Positions 1 through 9,995 are shown, counted from the first letter of the stretch. The stretch is DNA of 64,000 bases from Candidatus Thorarchaeota archaeon (GCA_011364985.1 RDOC01000001.1:256001-320000), one strand, 5' to 3'. A program made the numbers and translations. The notes: generated from the sequence alone by a model not told the origin.

Positions 1-2
1 GT

Positions 3-275
3 GTAGCCGAAAAGCGCGCTAAGGAAATAAGGGAGAAAGCGGATAAGGACGCAAAAGAGATTATCACAGCTGCTCAGAAAGAGGCGCAAATGATTCTGCA
101 AAGACACTCGAATGGCCTCCAAGATAGGAAGAGGGAGATTGAGCAAAGTACTCTGAACGAGTCCGAGAAGATTACGAAGCAAATAGAGAAATCTGCACGT
201 GGAAGATTTGATGACGCAGTAAAGCAAGCCGTTCGGATGATTACTGGAGTGGATGAGCAGGATGGAAGGCGTTGA
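3..275 (+). CDS. A/V-type ATP synthase peripheral stalk subunit H (5'-partial)
   Basis: Frame is open from the window edge: VAEKRAKEIREKADKDAKEIITAAQKEAQMILQR...ARGRFDDAVKQAVRMI. Charged coiled coil overlapping the subunit E gene. Confidence 0.7.
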   Translation, partial: VAEKRAKEIREKADKDAKEIITAAQKEAQMILQRHSNGLQDRKREIEQSTLNESEKITKQIEKSARGRFDDAVKQAVRMITGVDEQDGRR

Positions 276-888
276 GAATATCATAGACATAATCAAAGCC
301 AAAACAACCCAACAGACCGACAAGATTGTTGCTGATGCGAATGCATACAAGAATGAGCGAATCAAACGTGCCAAGGAGCAGGCAAAGACCATTGTTGAGA
401 AGGCCACTTCAAGAGCCGAAAATGAAACTCATTTGGAGGTTTCAAAGTATCAAGCGGGCGCAATTCTCAAACATAAGTATATGATTCTCAATACGAAAGA
501 ATCCATAATGAAAGAGGTCCTAGATAGCGCATGGGACCAAGCGATGAAGAAGGTTGGCAAAGCCGATTACAAAGTAATCCTAACCCGTCTTGCTGTGTAT
601 GGAGGCGCAACCCTCAATGTTGATGAGATAGAGATTCTTCTTCCCGATGGCATCAAATCCACAGTGGATGAAGAAGAGGTAGCAAAGGGAATTGAAGAGC
701 GGATCGGGAAAAAGACGAAGGTCAAAATGTCCAAAGAAAAGATTCGAGCTTCAGGTGGACTTATCGTACGAGCTACCGATGGGACCAAGTGGGTGGATAA
801 TACATTCGAAGCAAGACGAGAGAGGAGAGAAGAAGATATCCGCGATATGATTGCTTCGGTTCTCTTTGGGAAAGAAGAAAAATCTTAG
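253..888 (+). CDS. atpE: A/V-type ATP synthase subunit E
   Basis: N-terminal coiled coil; C-terminal SGGLIVRATDGTKWVDNTFEAR motif typical of subunit E. Confidence 0.93.
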   Translation: MSRMEGVENIIDIIKAKTTQQTDKIVADANAYKNERIKRAKEQAKTIVEKATSRAENETHLEVSKYQAGAILKHKYMILNTKESIMKEVLDSAWDQAMKKVGKADYKVILTRLAVYGGATLNVDEIEILLPDGIKSTVDEEEVAKGIEERIGKKTKVKMSKEKIRASGGLIVRATDGTKWVDNTFEARRERREEDIRDMIASVLFGKEEKS

Positions 889-936
889 AGAGAACGGGTG
901 ATATCGCGTCCATCCCTAGGTGACATGTTCTACTTC

Positions 937-1332
937 CTAGACCAGAGTACCAATATATCCCACTAAGAGGAAGGCAATAACAAATCCGTAGATTGCAATG
1001 GCTTCGATGAAAACAACGTAGAGAATACTCTTACCAAAGGTCTCTGGTTTTTCAGTGATTGCACCGAGAGCTGCGGCTGATGCAGTACCCATTCCAACGC
1101 CACCACCGATACCAGCAAGACCAATCGCCAAACCTGCTCCAATCGCAAGGCCAAGGATTGCCAAACCATTACCTTCGGTCTGCAATGGCATAAAGCCAGG
1201 ATTGGCGGGCGTACCCAAAGCATGCAAAGTAGAGGGGAGGTTGAACGTGACAAGAGCCACCATTACAAATAGGAATCCTACAAAGCCCAAGATAAATATG
1301 AAAAGGCTGCTTGTCCGCGTATCGATCTTCAC
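937..1332 (-). CDS. atpK: A/V-type ATP synthase proteolipid subunit K (c)
   Basis: GLAGIGGGVGMG...ITEKPETFGKSILYVVFIEAIAIYG hairpin with the catalytic Glu. Start placed at GTG 1332, 10 nt after GGAGG. Confidence 0.95.
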   Translation of the reverse strand: MKIDTRTSSLFIFILGFVGFLFVMVALVTFNLPSTLHALGTPANPGFMPLQTEGNGLAILGLAIGAGLAIGLAGIGGGVGMGTASAAALGAITEKPETFGKSILYVVFIEAIAIYGFVIAFLLVGYIGTLV

Positions 1333-1349
1333 TGAATTCCATCCTCCAA

Positions 1350-2408
1350 TTACCAAATTGTGATCATTCTTCTAATGTTGTCTGCTGCCATTCCTCTTTC
1401 TAAACCTACCGCAATAGACCGAAGGTTGCGAATTTCATAGTGCTTCAGGCTAAAGAAGCCAAGAATAGTACCTATGTGAAAGGGGTATGCAGTGAGCTGG
1501 AGTTTGACACGCATGGCGATGTAGTCTTCAATTGCCAATTCCAGTTCGGAGATGTCGTTGGTTTCTTCGTACAAACGTGCCAGTCTGCCAGCAAGCTGTG
1601 CGTAACGTGTTTCGTTGAGTTTGTTTATGGCTTCTCTCCAAGAAGGGCTATTCATTATCGACTCTGTCAGTGCATTTCGAGTGAATCGAATCATTGACAT
1701 CTCGATAGCTCTGGTGTCTAGTTGAAGAGCCAAAGCTCGAATCATTGTAAGGAGATTTCGCAGGTCCACACGGGCCTCCAAGACATCAAGGGCTCTTTCC
1801 CTATCTTGTTGCGGAAACTTCTTCAGCACTTCAAGAACGGAACGGAGATACCATTCTTCGACGGCGACCTCAAGAGGTGCCGTTGAGTCAAGCTCTTCAT
1901 ACGCTGGCAACCGTGTTAGAAGAGCGATTTTTGGTTCCCAGTATGGCATCATCTCAATGGCACGATTCACAGAGCCCTGATCAACAAGAGACTCGAACTC
2001 CTGTGTCTGACTGGGGGATGTGGGGACAAGGTATGCCAGTATCTCATTCCTATCAAGACCTACATGCAGCCCTCGAAGGATAGACTTGATATTCTCTGCC
2101 AAGAACATATCAAGGTAGGTTTCTGTAAAGGCCCGAGCCTTTCCTGTAAGTGTTCGAGTTAGGCGATAGCTCACATCTGCATAGTCCTTTGCCAGAATCT
2201 GACCAAGCTCTGCAGCATTGGGAACTTCTTGTGGATATTCTCCGGCAATCAGTGGGCCGTAGTATGTTTCAGATAGGCCTCGTATGAACTCGACATAGCT
2301 GGGAGATTGCAGGAGCCTTTCATAATCCCCGACCGTTAGAAATCGCGCCTTTAGACCTCTTATTCGTGTGTTAACATATGCGTATTCACTTACTGCACGA
2401 AAGGCCAT
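1350..2408 (-). CDS. atpC: A/V-type ATP synthase subunit C (d)
   Basis: YAYVNTRIRGLKARFL N-terminus, ENIKSILRG, EIRNLRSIAVG C-terminus. Confidence 0.95.
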   Translation of the reverse strand: MAFRAVSEYAYVNTRIRGLKARFLTVGDYERLLQSPSYVEFIRGLSETYYGPLIAGEYPQEVPNAAELGQILAKDYADVSYRLTRTLTGKARAFTETYLDMFLAENIKSILRGLHVGLDRNEILAYLVPTSPSQTQEFESLVDQGSVNRAIEMMPYWEPKIALLTRLPAYEELDSTAPLEVAVEEWYLRSVLEVLKKFPQQDRERALDVLEARVDLRNLLTMIRALALQLDTRAIEMSMIRFTRNALTESIMNSPSWREAINKLNETRYAQLAGRLARLYEETNDISELELAIEDYIAMRVKLQLTAYPFHIGTILGFFSLKHYEIRNLRSIAVGLERGMAADNIRRMITIW

Positions 2409-2561
2409 TTACTTGCCCATCCAAATAAACAGGTAAAAGAGGGAACAACGAGCATCTTCCGAGAGGATGATATAAGGTTGACGACATAGGGCCTTGGTCT
2501 TCACTCACCTCAGTAGAAGAATTCAAATAACCGGTGAAGTATTTGTTGATGGGAGATAACC

Positions 2562-3146
2562 ATGACTGACGAGGCCAGCACATATACGAAAAGAGATGTC
2601 TTTGACCTGGGCAGTATGTTCAGAAGCTCAGCAACCATATCTTTTGTGATACAAATCGCAGCTGTCATTCTTATGATTGGGTCCTTGATCGCCTTTGCGA
2701 TTGGAGACTTGTTTCTTGCTCTAAACGATGAACTGAAGGTACTTCTGTTTCTGATCATATCCATTCTCTTTCTAGCCATGTTCCTGGCTGCAATCAGCAT
2801 CTTTGTTAGATTCTCCAGACGTATTGGAAACACAGTCGTGGGTCCAGGCATTGAGCAGGTGCGATTCGACACTCCCGGGGTAAAGGGAGTTGTCATTCTC
2901 TACGGAGTCTTGGTGGCCTTGATGGCTATTCTGGGAATCTATGGCTGGTACCTGATTGACATCTACTATCTGACACCCTTTGCTGCTTCCTTTAACTCCA
3001 TATCACTCAGAATCTTTGGACTTGCATTGGGAGCTTTCTTCATTGCTTTTCTGGTTCAGATAATCATAGCAGGTGTTGGTAGAAGCGCAACGAAAGTGAT
3101 AATCGAAGTGCTAGATGCAGACGATGATGAGGAGTTTCTCAGGTAG
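2562..3146 (+). CDS. hypothetical 4-TM membrane protein
   Basis: 194 aa, four hydrophobic segments, acidic tail, GGGAG upstream of the ATG. Confidence 0.7.
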   Translation: MTDEASTYTKRDVFDLGSMFRSSATISFVIQIAAVILMIGSLIAFAIGDLFLALNDELKVLLFLIISILFLAMFLAAISIFVRFSRRIGNTVVGPGIEQVRFDTPGVKGVVILYGVLVALMAILGIYGWYLIDIYYLTPFAASFNSISLRIFGLALGAFFIAFLVQIIIAGVGRSATKVIIEVLDADDDEEFLR

Positions 3147-3474
3147 AATCAGAGATACCCATCCTGTCTGAGAAATCAAACTCCTCATAGATTTCTTCAA
3201 GAGGCGGACTCCAAGTTCGCTTCATCGTTGACTGTTGGTCCATTCGATCATAGTATCCAACTGTCACATATACACTGTAAATGCCAAAAAGGAAGCCGAC
3301 TAGGAGACCCCCTAAAGACCCCCATAATGCACCCTGAGGGCCCCACCATGTAGAGCCGAGATAATTCCCAATGGAGAGCATGATGATTATAGAACAGGGA
3401 AGCTCAGAAGCCACTGCAAGCCATCGCCCAATTCCGGTCATTCCTGAAGATACTGAGTCGGTATCACTGCTCAT
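3139..3474 (-). CDS. AtpZ/AtpI-like (ATPase_gene1-type) 2-TM protein
   Basis: WLAVASELPCSIIIMLSIGNYLG...GGLLVGFLFGIYSVY resembles the AtpZ/AtpI pattern by eye; lies beside ATP synthase genes. Confidence 0.55.
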   Translation of the reverse strand: MSSDTDSVSSGMTGIGRWLAVASELPCSIIIMLSIGNYLGSTWWGPQGALWGSLGGLLVGFLFGIYSVYVTVGYYDRMDQQSTMKRTWSPPLEEIYEEFDFSDRMGISDST

Positions 3475-3589
3475 GACAGTATTGTATCATCTAGCACGGA
3501 TATAGCTGTTGGTTATTGTAGTTTAGCAGCTGTGCAGCTGAGCCAAGGCTTTTGTGTGGATTGTGCAATAAATTGCACAGGTTCAAGCT

Positions 3590-4876
3590 ATGACGATGGA
3601 CCTCAGATACGGAAATCGAACCATAAATCTCAATATCCCAGACAAAAACATCGCCGGGATGATAGAGCCAAGGAAAGCACATGTACTCTCTAACATCGAC
3701 GAGGAATTGTCTAGAGTGCTTGCCAATCCTCATGGACCACAGCTTGAGGAGATTGTGAGAAGCAAGAGCATTTGTGTACTGGTAGAGGATCATACTCGTG
3801 ATGAGCCACATTATGCCTTGCTTAATGCAATAGCACCACTTCTGAGGGACGCAAACAGAATACAATTCATTATTACCACTGGGTCCCACGAGGTTGAGCA
3901 TCCTGGCAATCTTGAGATTGTAGAGCTGATCAGACGTGTAGCGCAGGATGTCAAGCTTGGCAATTTCGATATTGTGATCAACGACTGCCATAACAGCGAA
4001 ATGACTCACCTCGGAGAAACTAGCCGTGGAACCCCTCTTATAGTGAATTCAGCAGCTGTAGGACATGATGTATACGTAGTGGCCGCTGATATGAAAGCGC
4101 ATTATTTCGCTGGCTACTCTAATGCCCTCAAGAACTTCCTTCCCGGAATCTGTGCCTTTGAAACTATTGAAGCAAATCATTCAATGGCTCTGAATCCCAG
4201 CTCTACCTTTGGAAGGCATCCATACCATCCAGACCCTGATAGAAGAGACAACCCATTAGCCGAGGATATGAGAGAGGCCATGGAGATTATCACGAAGGAT
4301 GCAAAGGTCTTCACTTTGTCAGTGATTACAGATGAAGGGAAGCTGATTTGGGCAGACGCAGGGAAAGTTGAACCGGTGGTGGCTGGAGGGATAGAGATTC
4401 TGGACGAAACAGCTAGCTTCATCGTTCAGCCTGTTTCAAGGATCATTGTTTCACCGGGAGGTTATCCGCAAGACAAGAGCCTGTACCATGCCCAGAGAGG
4501 CCTCGAACTCACAAAGAATGCTGTGGAAGATGATGGTGAGATTCTGTTCTTGGCAGAATGTCGTGACGGAGTTGCACCCCCTGAAGCGACAGAGAACTTC
4601 TACAATAAGCTAGTTGTTCCATTGGATGATGTCATTGCCTCCATCAGCGGAAAATACCATCTCTATGAGCATAAAGCGTACAAGTTTGCCGAGCTTCTCA
4701 AGAGAGTTGCCAGTATTAAGATGTACACTGAGTTAGAGAAGGATGTTGTAGAGTCAGCTCATCTGGAAAAGGTGACAAACCTGCAAAAGGTCATTGATGC
4801 ATGGATAGAAGCGGATCCGGAAGTAAAGATTCTTGTTCTTGACAAGGCCAACAAGATTGCGGTCTATGCCAAGTGA
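3590..4876 (+). CDS. larA: LarA-family nickel-pincer-dependent hydroxyacid racemase/epimerase
   Basis: DHTR, TGSH, HYFAGYS..KNFLPG, ANH, GGYPQD, AECRDG motifs. Confidence 0.85.
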   Translation: MTMDLRYGNRTINLNIPDKNIAGMIEPRKAHVLSNIDEELSRVLANPHGPQLEEIVRSKSICVLVEDHTRDEPHYALLNAIAPLLRDANRIQFIITTGSHEVEHPGNLEIVELIRRVAQDVKLGNFDIVINDCHNSEMTHLGETSRGTPLIVNSAAVGHDVYVVAADMKAHYFAGYSNALKNFLPGICAFETIEANHSMALNPSSTFGRHPYHPDPDRRDNPLAEDMREAMEIITKDAKVFTLSVITDEGKLIWADAGKVEPVVAGGIEILDETASFIVQPVSRIIVSPGGYPQDKSLYHAQRGLELTKNAVEDDGEILFLAECRDGVAPPEATENFYNKLVVPLDDVIASISGKYHLYEHKAYKFAELLKRVASIKMYTELEKDVVESAHLEKVTNLQKVIDAWIEADPEVKILVLDKANKIAVYAK

Positions 4877-4894
4877 GATATTGGCGTCAGACGC

Positions 4895-6406
4895 TTACCA
4901 GTGGATTGACTTTATTGCTTCATAGAGAGTTCTATATCGTGTGTATCCGGCATCGTAAATCGATCGCGTTTCATCCCTTGGATTGAGAGGCGTTAGCGGT
5001 CTGACCATGCAATCCGCTGTTTCAACGAGCGAATCATAGATACCGATGCCCAAATATGCAAGCATGGCCGCCCCCAATGCAGTTGCCTCTTCTATCTCTG
5101 TTCTAATCACAGGCTTGTTCACAACATCAGCTTGAATCTGCATCCAAGTTTCACTACGAGCGGCGCCACCGGTGACCCTCATCTCCCTCGCTGCAACTCC
5201 CAGGTCATTCATGACATCGAGATTTGTCTTAATCTCATACGAAACTCCTTCCAGAATTGCACGAATCAGATGATGACGTGTGTGTCCAAGAGCGAGCCCT
5301 GCGAAAATTCCGCGGGCATACGGATTCCAATAGGGAGCACCTGCACCTGCGAAGTGAGGAATATGAACAATTCCCTCCGAACCAGGAGGGACATCAGCTG
5401 CGCACTCTGTAATGACCTCGTAAGGATCAATGCCTCTTTCCTCTGCGATTTCTCTCTCAGGACTGCCCAGCTGGTCTCTAAACCATCGCAGTGCCGAGCC
5501 AGTTGTAAACATGCTAGCTTCGATGACAAAAGAATTAGGGACTACATGTCTACTGCAAAGCACGCGTCGTGAGGCATCTAGTTTCTTCTCTCTTGAAAAT
5601 GCCAGTATGAAAGTTCCAGTGCCGGTTGTGGACTTCAACGAGCCAGGATGAACAACACCAACACCCAGAGCAGCACACTGCTGATCGCCTCCACCTGCCA
5701 CAACAGGTGTGCCTGTCTCCAGTCCGCATACCTTTGAGGCTTCTGAAGAAACCTCGCCCAAGATTGTTCCGGATTGTACTGGTGTGGGAAGCTTTTCTCC
5801 AGGTAGTTCGAGAGCATCAAGCATCCTTTTTGACCACTTTGCCTGTTCTATGTCAAAGAGAAGAGTCCTGCTAGCATTGGAGAAGTCTGTTGTCATCGTT
5901 CCAGTTAGGCAGAACACAAGGTAGTCATGGACAAGGAGGAACGCATGTGCATCCTCGTATATTACGGGTTCATGTTCCTTGAGCCAGAGAAGCTTTGGCG
6001 CAGTGAAGTAGGGATCCACCGTAAGTCCAGTTATCGTGTAGACATCATTATCAGGGATCTGCTCCTTTATCCATTCGCATTGAGGAACCGTTCGCCTGTC
6101 TTGCCAGACGATTGCATTGTATAGGGGTCTCCCGTTCTCTCCAATTGGAACTACCGTTTCACGTTGGTTCGTGACGCTCACAGCTGCAATTCGAGAACAA
6201 GGGGTGCTGCTAGACTGAAGACATAAGTCTATGGTTGCGCACGTTGCATTCCACCAATCATCAGCGTTCTGCTCTACCCAGGACGGTCGAGGAAAAATAC
6301 TCTCGAACTCCTCGTATGCCCTTGCCTTGACAGTTCCATCAGGAGCAAAGAGCATGGAACGCACACCAGTCGTGCCTGCATCTATTGCAAGAACAAGCTC
6401 ACTCAT
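4895..6406 (-). CDS. FGGY-family carbohydrate kinase (glycerol/xylulose/gluconate kinase-like)
   Basis: IDAGTTG, TNQRET, WQDRR, GDQQ, GTGTF, GAPYW, TGGAARS, EATALGAA motifs. Confidence 0.92.
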   Translation of the reverse strand: MSELVLAIDAGTTGVRSMLFAPDGTVKARAYEEFESIFPRPSWVEQNADDWWNATCATIDLCLQSSSTPCSRIAAVSVTNQRETVVPIGENGRPLYNAIVWQDRRTVPQCEWIKEQIPDNDVYTITGLTVDPYFTAPKLLWLKEHEPVIYEDAHAFLLVHDYLVFCLTGTMTTDFSNASRTLLFDIEQAKWSKRMLDALELPGEKLPTPVQSGTILGEVSSEASKVCGLETGTPVVAGGGDQQCAALGVGVVHPGSLKSTTGTGTFILAFSREKKLDASRRVLCSRHVVPNSFVIEASMFTTGSALRWFRDQLGSPEREIAEERGIDPYEVITECAADVPPGSEGIVHIPHFAGAGAPYWNPYARGIFAGLALGHTRHHLIRAILEGVSYEIKTNLDVMNDLGVAAREMRVTGGAARSETWMQIQADVVNKPVIRTEIEEATALGAAMLAYLGIGIYDSLVETADCMVRPLTPLNPRDETRSIYDAGYTRYRTLYEAIKSIHW

Positions 6407-6470
6407 TGTGATGTCACAAATCAGGCATTGCTCAATCCTTGATAAGAAAGCTTCGACGTGTAGGAAGGTG

Positions 6471-6767
6471 CTACGATCTATAACTTCGTTCAGATTCGAT
6501 GACCTCTCGTAGGTCTCTGCGGAATCCGGATCCTACCAGATGAAGTTTGAGACTTCGATTGTTCTGAATCTGTTTCTCTCGACGCGTTGCATTGCCTCGG
6601 TCATCGCACTCCTCAAGATAGACCAGATACTTTGGCTTGTGAGCACGAAGATAAGCAGCCCCCTTTGGGCTTCCCGAAACATGTTCCGAAAAACGTCTTT
6701 GCAGATCGTTGGTTTGGCCTGTGTAGTAGGTACCATCTTCAGTTTCAATAATATAGACGAAGTACAT
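6471..6767 (-). CDS. GIY-YIG nuclease family protein (UPF0213-like)
   Basis: YFVYII...YYTGQTNDLQRRFSEH...KGAAYL...RREKQI. Start placed at ATG 6767. Confidence 0.88.
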   Translation of the reverse strand: MYFVYIIETEDGTYYTGQTNDLQRRFSEHVSGSPKGAAYLRAHKPKYLVYLEECDDRGNATRREKQIQNNRSLKLHLVGSGFRRDLREVIESERSYRS

Positions 6768-6858
6768 TGATCTGCGACCAGCTATGTCAGTCAGTTGACC
6801 GGATATAGGCCTTTGCAATACCGAAAATGCGTGCAGGTTCTTGGAGCCTCATTCATGG

Positions 6859-8439
6859 TTATGGACTCAATGCACCAGTAATTCCAGTGATGAAAGCTTC
6901 AACTTGAAATAGGGCAGATCCGGCTGCCTCTGCAATAGAATAGACTGGAGCAGGATATACTCCTATTACAACCAGCGCAATTGCCAGTAGAGCCATTGCA
7001 CACAGCATGGATGTACTTGATCTGTGGGCGTTTTCAACATTCTCTGTTGGGTCCTTCAGCCATACCACGTTGAGCATCCTCAGATAATAGCCAAGAGCCA
7101 GAAGAGCATTGAACACTGCAACCAATGTGAACAGCAGATAGGGACTGCCTATTACAAGACCTGCATCAACACCAGCGGCTAGGATAAGGAGCTTGGCGTA
7201 GAATCCAGCAAAGGGAGGCATTCCCATCAGCGAAAGCACTCCAATTGCAAAGAATGCTGAAGTAAGAGGCATTTTCTTTCCAATTCCCTGAAGGGCATCG
7301 AGGTCTCTAGTGCCAACCGCATGCAGAAATGCTCCGGCGCAAAGGAACAACAACCCCTTCGTGAAGGCATGAACCACCACATAGAAGGCACCCGTTTCAT
7401 AGCCAAAGGCGGTTCCGGCATAGGGCGTTGCGGCAAATGCAAATAGGATGAAGCCAATTTGTGTGATTGAGCTGTACGCCAACATTCGTTTCAAGTCAGT
7501 CTGTGTGAGAGCATAGAAGTTGCCTGCAGTCATTGTGACTGCCGCAAATATCGCGAGAAGGAGAGGCCAATTGACCATCTCGAAGGGGAAGAGAACGGCG
7601 TTCATTCGCACTATACCGTAAATCCCGACCTTGATTACCACACCTGAGAGCATCGCACTAATCCCACTTGGTGCTGCTGGGTGAGCATCAGCTAACCATG
7701 CTGCGAAGGGGACAATGGCACCCTTTACTCCGAAGCCGGCTGTCATCAGCGCCACAAGTATCGGAATCAGTGGGTGTCCAGAGCCAGCTCGTATCGCTGT
7801 CGCCATGACCCCTAGATTCAGAGTGCCTGTAAGACCATAGAGATAGCTTGCAGAAAGTAGTACCAATGTAGACCCAATAGCGGACATCATCAGGTACTTG
7901 ATTGAAGCTTCCAGACCCTCCCAAGTTCTTCTAAAGGCCACAAGAATGAAACTGCAAATGCTCATCGTTTCATAGAACAGGAATAATGTAAAGAGGTCCC
8001 CAGAAACCACGACGCCATTCATTGCTCCTACCATGATGAGAAGCAGCATGTAATATCTGGGCAGCCCAGTGTCATTCTTCATGTATCCAATCGAGTAGAC
8101 CGAAACCACAAATCCAAGGACGGTGAAGATGCCCATTAGCAGGACTGAGAACTGGTCTGCGATCATTACCACTGAACACGGTTCGGTATGTGAAGCGTCT
8201 AAGGGCCAAGTAAATGTTTGGAGACCACCAGTCCAGACAGCGATTCCAAGGTAGTAGACATAGATGAATGTCAAAGCAAATCCAAGTATTGCTATGATAG
8301 CGGGCATGGTGGCGGCGCGTTTCTTCCTTGCGAAGAGATGGATCTCAGACAGAATTGCAATCAGTATCGCTGTTGCTACAGGAATAACGACCGGTATAAC
8401 GGCAGCCAACTCGGGAATATAGAGAAAGTCAGGTTGCAT
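6859..8439 (-). CDS. proton-conducting antiporter-like subunit (MrpD/NuoN family)
   Basis: DLFTLFLFYE, EASIKYL, GFGVKGAIVPFAAWLADAHPAAP, KRMLAYSS, GMPPFAGF. ATG 8439 follows GGAGG. Confidence 0.88.
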   Translation of the reverse strand: MQPDFLYIPELAAVIPVVIPVATAILIAILSEIHLFARKKRAATMPAIIAILGFALTFIYVYYLGIAVWTGGLQTFTWPLDASHTEPCSVVMIADQFSVLLMGIFTVLGFVVSVYSIGYMKNDTGLPRYYMLLLIMVGAMNGVVVSGDLFTLFLFYETMSICSFILVAFRRTWEGLEASIKYLMMSAIGSTLVLLSASYLYGLTGTLNLGVMATAIRAGSGHPLIPILVALMTAGFGVKGAIVPFAAWLADAHPAAPSGISAMLSGVVIKVGIYGIVRMNAVLFPFEMVNWPLLLAIFAAVTMTAGNFYALTQTDLKRMLAYSSITQIGFILFAFAATPYAGTAFGYETGAFYVVVHAFTKGLLFLCAGAFLHAVGTRDLDALQGIGKKMPLTSAFFAIGVLSLMGMPPFAGFYAKLLILAAGVDAGLVIGSPYLLFTLVAVFNALLALGYYLRMLNVVWLKDPTENVENAHRSSTSMLCAMALLAIALVVIGVYPAPVYSIAEAAGSALFQVEAFITGITGALSP

Positions 8440-8444
8440 ATGTA

Positions 8445-9995
8445 TTAGCCTCCTCCCATCATAGACAGCAGAACAGGATTCACAATCTGCCAGAGCAACC
8501 AAGGCCAGATTCCCAGAATAACGACAAGTAGAGTCATTAGAATGGTGATTGAAAGAATGATCTTGGAGGGATCAGATACGCCTTCAAGTGCCTCCGGCAC
8601 TTGCCCGAAAAACACACGTCTAATGGCCCATAGATAGTATCCGGCAGTTAGCCCTGTCGCCACAACGCCAACAACTGTCAGAACCAGAAAAGCGGTGGAG
8701 ACACCCCCTGCCTCCACAGCCCTCTCGGCTGCTCCTGCGAAGATCATCCATTCTCCTGCAAAGGCAGATAGAGGAGGTGTTCCTGCGAGAGCCAACGCAC
8801 CTATGACAAAAGTAGTTGCCAAAACAGGCATCTTTGGAGCAAGGCCCCCGAGCCTATCGAAGTCCATGGTTCCTGTCTTCATCTTGATTGCGCCCGCACA
8901 GAAGAACATCAGACTTGCAAGGATGCCGTGATTGATCAGCTGAAACGCAGCCCCACTGAGTCCAATCGTGGTCATGGTTGAGTAGCCAAACATTAGATAG
9001 CCGAGCTGGCTTATGCTGGAATATGCTAGCATCATCTTCAGGTCCTTTTGTGCAATGGCAAGCATTGCACCGTAGAACATCGTAATTACAGAAATGGTCA
9101 TGAGCCCTGTTGAGTAATCGTACAATGCTGTCGAAAAAATCGGGATCACAATTCGTATGACTCCATAGGCTGCAGTCTTTGTCATCGCCCCGCTGAGGAG
9201 TACCAATACTGGGATTGGAGCTTCGCCGTAGACAGGTGGTGCCCAGACATGTAGTGGGACAAGCCCCAGTTTAATTCCGAACCCCAATAAGAAGATGAGA
9301 CCGATTGTCTTTGCCAAATCAACCTTCATTGGATCCACGGCTAGGGAGGACGAATAGAGGGTCACAATATCGAGGGACCCAGCATCTGCAAAGAGCATGA
9401 AGACGGCGATAAGTGAAATAAGCCCTCCAACTGCGGTCCAAATCCAGAATTGAAATGCGTTTCTTGACCGTCTAGTAGGATCATCAGACACGCCATAGAG
9501 ATAGACCAGCAGAAAGGCAGGAATTAGCATTACTTCATAGAATAGAAAGAACTGGAGTAAGTCTGTTGCATAAACAACCCCGACCATGGCCGCGACAAAC
9601 CACACCATTAGAGCATAGTAGTGGCCAGAATTAGTCAAGTTCTTCATGTAAACATAGGAGAAGGTGACTGAGAATAGACCAAGGCTAAGGATTAGGATAG
9701 CAACAGGGGCACTCAATCCATCGCCTCTGAATCCAAATGTCATTATCGCTGAATCTCCAGAGCCGATCCAATCAAACACATGCAGAATCTCATTATGGGA
9801 CCATACTTCAGGACTGAACAGAAGAAGGAAATTGAGAAACAAAGCGCCAAGTAATGACAGGCCAGCAAGTGTCTTTGATGCTTTTTCAGACCAACGACCT
9901 GCTACAAGAGTGAGTAGGCCACCGAGGAGGAGGAGCACTACGGAGAGTATCATTGGATATTCTGAGAGAACAGGAATGGAAAGTAGTCCTTGCAT
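8445..9995 (-). CDS. nuoM: complex I/Fpo subunit M
   Basis: DGLS, FFLFYEVMLIP, GFGIKLGLVPLHVW, LAYSSISQLG, NHG, GTPPLSAFAGEW motifs. Confidence 0.85.
   Translation of the reverse strand: MQGLLSIPVLSEYPMILSVVLLLLGGLLTLVAGRWSEKASKTLAGLSLLGALFLNFLLLFSPEVWSHNEILHVFDWIGSGDSAIMTFGFRGDGLSAPVAILILSLGLFSVTFSYVYMKNLTNSGHYYALMVWFVAAMVGVVYATDLLQFFLFYEVMLIPAFLLVYLYGVSDDPTRRSRNAFQFWIWTAVGGLISLIAVFMLFADAGSLDIVTLYSSSLAVDPMKVDLAKTIGLIFLLGFGIKLGLVPLHVWAPPVYGEAPIPVLVLLSGAMTKTAAYGVIRIVIPIFSTALYDYSTGLMTISVITMFYGAMLAIAQKDLKMMLAYSSISQLGYLMFGYSTMTTIGLSGAAFQLINHGILASLMFFCAGAIKMKTGTMDFDRLGGLAPKMPVLATTFVIGALALAGTPPLSAFAGEWMIFAGAAERAVEAGGVSTAFLVLTVVGVVATGLTAGYYLWAIRRVFFGQVPEALEGVSDPSKIILSITILMTLLVVILGIWPWLLWQIVNPVLLSMMGGG

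Noticed and set aside
3491-4009. 172-aa minus-strand ORF
   Set aside because: Antisense shadow of larA with no recognisable motifs; the same applies to most short track ORFs overlapping called genes.
6471-6767. GIY-YIG as a homing endonuclease or mobile element
   Set aside because: Short stand-alone UPF0213 type with no DNA-binding extension, intron, intein or flanking repeats.
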